Positions 1 through 6,461 of a stretch of 64,000 nt of DNA are shown here, in pieces. Positions within the stretch are counted from its first letter, which is position 1; each line of letters opens with the position of its first letter. Below the pieces are notes generated by a model that saw only the letters and a list, made by a program, of their open reading frames with translations, searched no databases and was not told the origin of the DNA. Made by a program: the position numbers and the translations under genes. The DNA lies in the sequence record LC819005.1; one strand, written 5' to 3'.

Positions 1-42
1 TCTTGATCTTCATGGCGGCTCACTCTAAAGTGACTGCGTTAG

Positions 43-708
43 TTATCCCCAAGGATGCCAGTTAGCGTCCTTGTCTGCTTTTTCTTCTGCGATCAGCTTG
101 TCCAGCTCCGCCACGGTCCAGGGCAGTTCGTAGTCTGGACTGAGACGACGGCGTGTCAACGGATTGAACACGCCCTTGGCCTTCAGTGCATGAGTCTCTT
201 CCGAGTATTTCATCATGCCCGGATGACGACAGTCGGTCACACAGCCGTAGCTGTGGTCGTAGCCGAAACCTTCACGACGTGTGAAGCCATCGAAACCTTC
301 AGAACCGTGGTAATAGATGAGCCATTCACGACCCATTCCTTCACTGATCGTGCGCATCAGGATGTCGCCGGGCGCGACCACCAAGTGTTGGTACAGACCT
401 GAACACAACATCATGAAGATCATTTCATCGGCGTGCTTGCAGCTGGCACGGCTCTCGTACTGGATACAGTCGTCGAGTTCTTCCTTCACCCGCCATTCGT
501 ACGTTTCGAAATACGCTGATGAGCTCTGCAACATGCTTTCCAGCCGACTGATAGCCATCAGGTAGAAGTTCGCTGCATTCGGAATCGGCGGTGCGGTCAC
601 GCGTGGTGCGTTATTGATCGCGTATGCCGAATCTAGGAATGCGAAGACTTCAGCCGGTGCGTCTTTCTTGACTTTCAGTCGAGACGCTAGCGCGGTATAA
701 TTGGCCAT
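43..708 (-). CDS. Hypothetical protein, tandem paralog of 718..1332
   Basis: 221-aa ORF. Shares motifs RLKV(K/R)KxAPA, FET(Y/W)xWRVKE, YESRAxC and GDI with the neighbouring ORF. Confidence 0.85.
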   Translation of the reverse strand: MANYTALASRLKVKKDAPAEVFAFLDSAYAINNAPRVTAPPIPNAANFYLMAISRLESMLQSSSAYFETYEWRVKEELDDCIQYESRASCKHADEMIFMMLCSGLYQHLVVAPGDILMRTISEGMGREWLIYYHGSEGFDGFTRREGFGYDHSYGCVTDCRHPGMMKYSEETHALKAKGVFNPLTRRRLSPDYELPWTVAELDKLIAEEKADKDANWHPWG

Positions 709-717
709 AATGGTTCC

Positions 718-1332
718 TTATGCCGCCTGATCGATTCGATCCAGCAGCTTGGTGCTCCAGGGAGGCACGAAAGCGTCAGCAGACGCCTTGCGCGAAGTCC
801 GGCTGATCGCACCCACCAGGATCTTGGCTTTCATGTCCTGCGGGTACGTGAACCGGGTCGGATGTCGATCGTCATCGAGCACTTCCGTAAAGCCCCGAAG
901 GGTGCAGTTGTACTCGAATCCGATTGTTTCGGTAAAGCGGCGTCGACGGCCGTCGTAACACAGCGCGATCTCTCGCACGCTCGTGGTATAGAGCTTACGG
1001 GCGACGATGTCTCCGTCGTTCACAATCAGCCACGGTTGAATGGACCGCAGCAGCATGGCGAAGAGGTCGAGGCTGCCGAAATGGCAAGCCGCACGACTTT
1101 CATACACCCAGTGATTACCCTTGTTCTCCTTGACGCGCCATCCCCAGGTCTCGAACGGATCAGCGACCGACGACAGCATCGTACGCAGCGTCGAGCTGTT
1201 ACGCGAGCCGATCAGTGAGATCGACTCAGGCGGAGTGACAATGCCGTACAGATCATCCAGCATGGCGATGGTGCTCGCAGGAGCGGACTTCCGTACTTTA
1301 AGCCGGGTGGCTATGCCTTCATAAGCACTCAT
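718..1332 (-). CDS. Hypothetical protein, tandem paralog of 43..708
   Basis: 204-aa ORF with the same motifs; promoter-like TACATTAC just upstream. Confidence 0.85.
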   Translation of the reverse strand: MSAYEGIATRLKVRKSAPASTIAMLDDLYGIVTPPESISLIGSRNSSTLRTMLSSVADPFETWGWRVKENKGNHWVYESRAACHFGSLDLFAMLLRSIQPWLIVNDGDIVARKLYTTSVREIALCYDGRRRRFTETIGFEYNCTLRGFTEVLDDDRHPTRFTYPQDMKAKILVGAISRTSRKASADAFVPPWSTKLLDRIDQAA

Positions 1333-1366
1333 TCAGAAATCTCTTCAGTTGGGTTAATTCACAGTT

Positions 1367-1374
1367 GTAATGTA
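1367..1374 (-). promoter_or_regulatory. Putative phage early promoter (TACATTAC)
   Basis: One mismatch to the phiKZ early consensus TATATTAC, 35 nt upstream of the 1332 start. Confidence 0.45.
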
Positions 1375-1446
1375 AGCTCAAAGAAATCTTCAAATCAATT
1401 TCGCTAAGGGTATAAACCGACCGAGCTTACGTCCATAGAATTTTAG

Positions 1447-1484
1447 CGGCATAAAAAAGTGGGGGAGGGCCAATGCCCTCCCCC
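1447..1484 (-). terminator. Hairpin + TTTTTTATGCCG terminator-like element
   Basis: GGGGGAGGGC/GCCCTCCCCC stem followed on the minus strand by a T-run and ATGCCG. Confidence 0.75.
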
Positions 1485-1489
1485 GTAGT

Positions 1490-2250
1490 GTATTGTCACC
1501 TATGGACGCTCCACCAAACGCCATAAGATCCAACCCGCAAACAAACTACCACAGCACGAACGACGCCTCTAGACTTTAGTGAGCGCGGGGAGGGGATACG
1601 GGCCCATCTACCTATCTTACCCCTCCCCACCGCCTCGGCCAGGTCACCATCAAACCTGGGCAAAGAGTGGCGATGCCCACTCACTACCTCCAGTGTTCTC
1701 CGCGCATAAATGCACATTGGGTCAGCTCCCAACTCACTGAAGGAACTACGCTCGTTCTAACGTAGCTTTGCTTTTTACCGCATACCAAGATAGCGGTGTT
1801 GACCTCTCCTCGTTCACTTGGGCTTTCGAGGTTTCGCAATACCATATCCTTCTCGGGATAGGCTGGTGCTGCATGAGGTAGAGACAGGCTGCCGTACAAC
1901 GACTTGCACATTTTCCCTACGCTGCTGCTACCCAGGCTACCCTTCTAAACCAGGCACACAACCATTGCATGGCTGCGCCGGTTCATCTACGTTTGACTTT
2001 AATTGTCGACCACAAATCTCTTCGCTACGATAGTTCTTTGGAGGTGTCCCGGTCTTACATTCCGGCTACTGATCCGATGACTCGGGTGGAGGGAATCAGT
2101 GGCGGGCTGCCGTTGTAGGGAGATCTGAGTGTCGCCTGTCACTCACGACGGACGAAAAAATGTGACGGTCCAGAAAGATAGTCCACGAGCTTTCCGAACG
2201 TGAGAAGTTCGGTGCGGGCTTAGGGGACATATAATGGGCATTTTTTACAG
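1490..2250 (-). ncRNA. Candidate large (~750 nt) structured ncRNA
   Basis: No credible ORF. Many local hairpins (1587-1628, 1639-1659, 1665-1682, 2126-2145, 2194-2212) and long-range helices (2213-2220 with 1532-1539; 2111-2119 with 1892-1901). Lies between two terminator-like elements. Confidence 0.55.
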
Positions 2251-2263
2251 TTATCATACATAA

Positions 2264-2301
2264 CAGCAAAAAAAATAACTCAGGCGGCCGAAGCCACCCA
2301 A
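2264..2301 (-). terminator. Intrinsic terminator
   Basis: TGGGTGGC-TTCG-GCCGCCTG hairpin followed by a TTATTTTTTTTT tract, right after the 2304 stop. Confidence 0.7.
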
Positions 2302-2303
2302 GC

Positions 2304-2432
2304 TTACTTCAGCCAATGCACTAATGCAGCGATTACGCCCAACACGATTACCAGCTTGAGCTTGTTCTTCTGCACTTGCACATAGAACTCGGGCTCTTCC
2401 ACCATGCGATCAAACGTCGTACGCTTCTTCAT
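2304..2432 (-). CDS. Small membrane peptide (42 aa), not in ORF track
   Basis: MKKRTTFDRMVEEPEFYVQVQKNKLKLVIVLGVIAALVHWLK; ATGA overlap with the upstream ORF; RBS-like GGAGG; hydrophobic C-terminus. Confidence 0.65.
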   Translation of the reverse strand: MKKRTTFDRMVEEPEFYVQVQKNKLKLVIVLGVIAALVHWLK

Positions 2433-2605
2433 GTCACTGCCTCCAAAGCTTTGCGCAACTCCTGGTTCTCTTTAAGCAGTTGGCTAAAGCGAAAGCCCGC
2501 AGCAGAGCATTCACTGCAGGTGCCACAGATGAGGTGAGATACGAGATCCTCATCCACGTAGTTACCGTCCTCATCCGGACGATGTATCGGAGGTCCTTGT
2601 GTCAT
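2429..2605 (-). CDS. Small hypothetical protein (58 aa), not in ORF track
   Basis: MTQGPPIHRPDEDGNYVDEDLVSHLICGTCSECSAAGFRFSQLLKENQELRKALEAVT; ATGA-coupled on both sides. Confidence 0.65.
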   Translation of the reverse strand: MTQGPPIHRPDEDGNYVDEDLVSHLICGTCSECSAAGFRFSQLLKENQELRKALEAVT

Positions 2606-2874
2606 TGTCCCTCCGGCCAGACCAATGCATCAGCTTTGCCTGTGAACACAGCCCACGCTGCCTTGATACGCGCCACCGTACCGATCGCACACTGCGGACG
2701 ATACGGCACCCACTTGTCGTTGATCTTGGCCGACATTTCTTTCGTGGTCTTCACGAGTTCAGCCATCTGCCAGATCGTCGGTTCCTGACCGAGCGGGCGC
2801 ATCAGGCGCACCTTCACCAATACGTACAGCACAATCAACAACACCAAGATTCCCAGCTTTTGCAACAGTTTCAT
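2602..2874 (-). CDS. Hypothetical membrane-anchored protein (90 aa)
   Basis: Start reassigned to MKLLQKLGILV (AGGAG RBS); N-terminal hydrophobic helix. Confidence 0.75.
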   Translation of the reverse strand: MKLLQKLGILVLLIVLYVLVKVRLMRPLGQEPTIWQMAELVKTTKEMSAKINDKWVPYRPQCAIGTVARIKAAWAVFTGKADALVWPEGQ

Positions 2875-2919
2875 TTTTGTTCTCCTGAGTACAAAAAAAT
2901 AAAGTGATAGGTATTTTTG

Positions 2920-2984
2920 CGGCATAAAGCAGCGCAGGGGGCGGCGATGATCCGAGGCTAACCCTTCCCCGTCCACCGCCGCCC
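2920..2984 (-). terminator. Long hairpin + TTTATGCCG element ending the tRNA operon
   Basis: GGGCGGCGGTGGA/TCATCGCCGCCCC stem then TTTATGCCG; a TTTATTTTTTTG tract follows at about 2892-2903. Confidence 0.65.
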
Positions 2985-2994
2985 TTCTCCCACA

Positions 2995-3180
2995 CCGCAC
3001 CTGCGGATTTGCCAACAGGTGCTTTTACGTCCACATGCATCAAAGGCCGCACTTCGGAACGCTCCCGCGCAGGAAGCAATTCACACATGGCGGCAGCACG
3101 CGGACGACGTCGCGGGAACTCCCGCGAGGGTCGGCGCCGTCGAGTCTCTCATTCCCGGGGGCGCCAGACACTTTGCTACA
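2995..3180 (-). ncRNA. Candidate ~190-nt structured RNA
   Basis: 10-bp helix 3096-3105/3029-3038, hairpins 3110-3127 and 2997-3022; overlapping ORFs look spurious. Confidence 0.45.
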
Positions 3181-3188
3181 ACAATACT

Positions 3189-3300
3189 TGGTCCCTTGGG
3201 GAGGATTCGAACCTCCGACCTACGTCTAGTGGAAGGCCCAGGCGGCTTTCGCCGCGGGCCTAGGTAATGACGTCGCTCTACCAGACTGAGCTACCGCGGG
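3189..3300 (-). ncRNA. tRNA-like RNA with a 42-nt expanded anticodon loop
   Basis: Canonical D arm (GCTC-AGTCTGGTA-GAGC), T arm (GGAGG-TTCGAAT-CCTCC), CCA end and anticodon stem ACGTC/GACGT, but the loop holds a GAAA-capped hairpin and the acceptor stem has two mismatches. Confidence 0.8.
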
Positions 3301-3312
3301 CACTGATGAAAC

Positions 3313-3400
3313 TGGTGGAGAAGGTTGGATTCGAACCAACGTAGGCACTAAGGCCAACAGATTTACAGTCTGCCCCCTTTAGCCACTCGGGCACCTCTCC
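3313..3400 (-). tRNA. trnY: tRNA-Tyr(GTA)
   Basis: Cloverleaf with long variable arm; anticodon arm GCAGA-CTGTAAA-TCTGT; encoded CCA. Confidence 0.95.
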
Positions 3401-3415
3401 GATACTTCTGAAACT

Positions 3416-3491
3416 TGGCTCCGAAACCTGGGCTCGAACCAGGGACCCTCACCTTAACAGGGTGGCGCTCTACCGACTGAGCTATTTCGGA
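3416..3491 (-). tRNA. trnN: tRNA-Asn(GTT)
   Basis: 76-nt cloverleaf; loop CTGTTAA; encoded CCA; C27-A43 mismatch. Confidence 0.95.
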
Positions 3492-3508
3492 TCTACTACA
3501 GGAAAACG

Positions 3509-3585
3509 TGGCGCGGCGTAGGGGACTTGAACCCCTGACCCCTGGCGTGACAGGCCAGTACTCTAACCAGCTGAGCTAACACCGC
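3509..3585 (-). tRNA. trnD: tRNA-Asp(GTC)
   Basis: Anticodon arm CTGGC-CTGTCAC-GCCAG; encoded CCA. Confidence 0.95.
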
Positions 3586-3600
3586 AAACTACAAAACTGA

Positions 3601-3677
3601 TGGCAGAGAGGGAAGGATTCGAACCTTCGCATGTCGGAATCAAAATCCGATGCCTTAACCAACTTGGCGACCTCCCT
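3601..3677 (-). tRNA. trnQ: tRNA-Gln(TTG)
   Basis: Anticodon arm TCGGA-TTTTGAT-TCCGA; encoded CCA. Confidence 0.95.
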
Positions 3678-3687
3678 AATACTTCTC

Positions 3688-4010
3688 GCATAACTATACT
3701 CCCCAGAGCTCCGGTTCAGGCGCGCAACGCGATTCGCAGATGCAGATCGTCGCGCTTTAGATCCTACTCTAGGGGCTATAGTTTCGCTGCTAACGATACA
3801 ATAACTTGAAGCTTTGATTGATGGTCTTTGCTTCCTACACTTTAGGGAAGGGTATCAATCTTCCCAACGTGGCCGCGCCTCCTTTCGGTTAGCGCGCAGG
3901 TATGTCCAGGGCTCCCTTTCGGGCAGCTGAACCATGGCCAGAAGTCAATGCAGCTACATCGAGATTCTGTTAGGACCTGGGAGCGAATGCAGTGTGAGTC
4001 TTCGCATCAA
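3688..4010 (-). ncRNA. Candidate ~330-nt structured RNA 5' of tRNA-Gln
   Basis: GAAA-capped hairpins and two interleaved 7-bp long-range helices (3927-3933/3713-3719 and 3777-3783/3692-3698); no credible ORF. Confidence 0.5.
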
Positions 4011-4039
4011 ATAGGGGTGATGTGTATTTTTTTACTTTG

Positions 4040-4159
4040 TTAAGCTATAGCACTAATCACCCAGAGAATCAAAGTAGCGACTACGGCGTACGCTATCAGT
4101 AGATCGCCGTAGTCGCACGACGGCTCGTGCCACGGTGAGTTCGGATCTTCCTCTTCCAT
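4040..4159 (-). CDS. Small membrane peptide (39 aa), not in ORF track
   Basis: MEEEDPNSPWHEPSCDYGDLLIAYAVVATLILWVISAIA; TGATG overlap with the upstream ORF. Confidence 0.6.
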   Translation of the reverse strand: MEEEDPNSPWHEPSCDYGDLLIAYAVVATLILWVISAIA

Positions 4160-4503
4160 CAGTGCACCATCACTTCTTGACGCTCTGGCGTGTCGGGTTT
4201 GATATACCGCGTCTCGGTCAACTTACCCGTGAGTTCGTCCACCTCAATAGAGAACGTGAAGGTGGTTTCGTTCTCATCGTCCAATGTGAATCGGACGAAG
4301 TACGCTGTGCAGGAACCAGAAGACTTGATCAACGTGCCAGCCCTTACGTTCAGCCTTACCCGTACGCCAGGGGCTTCCTTATCAAGCGATTCATGAAACC
4401 CGGTGATGCAGCGCACGAATCCCATAAAGTCACCATAGGACTGTGCATTTTCTTCTACCCACTTAAACAACACATCCGGTTGACGAATCGTAGACACGTC
4501 CAT
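4159..4503 (-). CDS. Hypothetical protein
   Basis: Start reassigned to MDVSTIRQ (AAGGG RBS); 114 aa. Confidence 0.75.
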   Translation of the reverse strand: MDVSTIRQPDVLFKWVEENAQSYGDFMGFVRCITGFHESLDKEAPGVRVRLNVRAGTLIKSSGSCTAYFVRFTLDDENETTFTFSIEVDELTGKLTETRYIKPDTPERQEVMVH

Positions 4504-4513
4504 CGCAATCCCC

Positions 4514-5224
4514 TTAGTGAACCGTCGCGTTTTCGCCGTAGAGCGGGTACGGAGCTTCGTCGAAATCCTCCTGTTCGATTTCTTGCTCCGACTTCCATTG
4601 GTACTGAGCATGGAAGCCCATCAGCACTTCCAGCCACCAGACCTGTGCGTGCGGGGACGGTGTGATGGCGATCTTGTGCTCGACACCCTCATCGTCCTTC
4701 ACGATCAGAATCGGCATCGCCAGCCAGTTGTACTTCTCTTTGATCGTGTGGGATTTGAAGCCCATCTCGACACGCAGCTTGTGCTTCTTGAGGAAGGTGT
4801 CCTCGAACTGCTTGCTGAGCTTGAGCGTGGAGAAGACGGTTTCCCAATCTTCCTTCTGGATGGCCGTCTTGTTCTTCAGACACGTCACACCCAGGTTGAC
4901 GATGGCGTCACAGAACGTGAACCAGCGATTGAAACGCTCGGCCCATTCCGCGCCAGTGATCTTGTCCTTGCGCAGCGCCGATTGCTGGTCGCTGATGATG
5001 AACGGCAGCACCGCTTCGAATTCTTTACGGTCGAAGAAATAGCCATCAGCCTTTGAGCGTTCCTCGTCGATTTGCTTCTGCACTTCTTCGAGGGTAGCGA
5101 TGATGCTATTGTAATGCGGGTCGACTTGTTCAGCCAGTTCGATTTCTTCGTTCACCTTCGCCACGCCTGCGTCGATGTCGGCTTGAACGTCTTGCGGGAT
5201 TTCGGGATTGTTGGATTCGGACAT
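4514..5224 (-). CDS. Hypothetical protein with acidic coiled-coil N-terminus
   Basis: 236-aa ORF with phage-like codon usage. Confidence 0.85.
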   Translation of the reverse strand: MSESNNPEIPQDVQADIDAGVAKVNEEIELAEQVDPHYNSIIATLEEVQKQIDEERSKADGYFFDRKEFEAVLPFIISDQQSALRKDKITGAEWAERFNRWFTFCDAIVNLGVTCLKNKTAIQKEDWETVFSTLKLSKQFEDTFLKKHKLRVEMGFKSHTIKEKYNWLAMPILIVKDDEGVEHKIAITPSPHAQVWWLEVLMGFHAQYQWKSEQEIEQEDFDEAPYPLYGENATVH

Positions 5225-5291
5225 AGGTTACTCGGTTAGTTTGAGAGAGGAGAGAGGGACTACGAAGGATATAGCTCAGGGTAAAAAGCGG

Positions 5292-5897
5292 CTATTTGCG
5301 AATGTCATCTATCGCGTCTTCAAGACTCATACCGCTTTTAACGCGATGGTAGACAAGATAGTATTCGATGTCGAGTTCCTTGCACCACACAGCCAGCGCC
5401 TTCACTTCGCCATCGAATTCGCAATACACTGTGTTGTGCCGGTTACTCATTTGTTCAGCTTGAGTGACCCAGCGACAATTGTCCTTGCTGTAACCGAGGT
5501 CATTCTTCTCCCTGTCGAGAGAATGCATTTCTGAGGGCCGTGGACCCATGTCTCGATAGAAAGCTTCAAAGTTATCTTTCCACTCATCGCACACAGTGAT
5601 GCCTCGGCCACCGTAGCGGTCGTAGTGTTTGTGAGTGGGATTGTAGCAGCGAGTTTTCATATCTCGCCATGCTCGGTATTCAGGAGATCGCGCCATCCCG
5701 TGTTGCGAAACATCGAGAGTACAGCCGCAGCACACAGCGACCCCTCTTTGCAGATTGTAGGACTTTACGAGTTTCTCGTTACCACAGTCGCACAGACATT
5801 TCCACTGAGTGCTGCCGCCTTGCGAGTTTTCGAGATGTCTCGACTGAACAACGAGTTTGCCGAAACGCAAACCTTCAAGCTTTAATGGTGCAGGCAT
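5292..5897 (-). CDS. Free-standing HNH-family homing endonuclease
   Basis: Motifs WKCLCDCGN, HGMARSPEYRAWRDMKTRCYNP, YGGRGITVCDEW, HSLDRExNDLGYSKDNCRW typical of this phage HNH family. Confidence 0.85.
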   Translation of the reverse strand: MPAPLKLEGLRFGKLVVQSRHLENSQGGSTQWKCLCDCGNEKLVKSYNLQRGVAVCCGCTLDVSQHGMARSPEYRAWRDMKTRCYNPTHKHYDRYGGRGITVCDEWKDNFEAFYRDMGPRPSEMHSLDREKNDLGYSKDNCRWVTQAEQMSNRHNTVYCEFDGEVKALAVWCKELDIEYYLVYHRVKSGMSLEDAIDDIRK

Positions 5898-5936
5898 GAC
5901 GCCTCCTAAACTAGCTGGCGTCTAAATCGCCTATCG

Positions 5937-5944
5937 GTAATATA
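5937..5944 (-). promoter_or_regulatory. Putative early promoter (TATATTAC)
   Basis: Exact match to the phiKZ early consensus, 40 nt upstream of the HNH gene. Confidence 0.6.
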
Positions 5945-5962
5945 AGGTTACGGGTAAAATGA

Positions 5963-5996
5963 CGGCATAAAGAGGGAGTTCAGCGACTCCCTCTTT
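5963..5996 (-). terminator. Hairpin + TTATGCCG element
   Basis: AAAGAGGGAGT/ACTCCCTCTTT stem followed by ATGCCGTC. Confidence 0.75.
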
Positions 5997-6030
5997 GAAT
6001 GTTTTGGTCTTTCCCGTAAAAAGTATGTTT

Positions 6031-6381
6031 CTATTGTTGATTCGTCATTTCCACGACGATGTCAAACCCCGGGGCACGAACCAGTGCGCATGCTCGAATG
6101 TGCGGCGTGCTCTGATGCGTGACCAATTCCAGACCAGTTTCATGACAGAATGTCAGCAATGCTGACAAACGGACCGTTTTACTTTGCGGTTCGATGAAGT
6201 TGTTCTTCATCGCTTCCAACAACTGGCCTTGCTTCTTATTAAAGGCGACGGTCTGCCCGTCCTTGTTGCGATTACGCGACAGGACAAGTCTATTACCGTC
6301 TTTTGATACTACCGTGGATTGAGAAACGAACATGTCAAATTCGTCGATCAATCGCGCGCATTGCCGATAGGCTGCGTCCAT
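6031..6381 (-). CDS. Hypothetical protein
   Basis: 116-aa ORF with GGAG RBS. Confidence 0.75.
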   Translation of the reverse strand: MDAAYRQCARLIDEFDMFVSQSTVVSKDGNRLVLSRNRNKDGQTVAFNKKQGQLLEAMKNNFIEPQSKTVRLSALLTFCHETGLELVTHQSTPHIRACALVRAPGFDIVVEMTNQQ

Positions 6382-6461
6382 TTTTATTTACTCCTATGCA
6401 GTGGTCTACTGCATAAGATGGCAACATAAAGAGCAGGCCGAAACCCGCTCTTTATGGACAC

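Noticed and set aside
1496-2033. Short ORFs 1496..1732, 1684..1911 and 1818..2033
   Set aside because: Atypical composition, no clear RBS and mutual overlap; the region is better explained as structured RNA.
3688-4010. Classical group I intron, RNase P RNA or tmRNA
   Set aside because: No interrupted gene, no G-C pair at the expected G-binding site, no P9/omega-G; RNase P GAGGAAAGUCC and tmRNA tRNA-like ends are absent. Kept only as an unclassified structured RNA.
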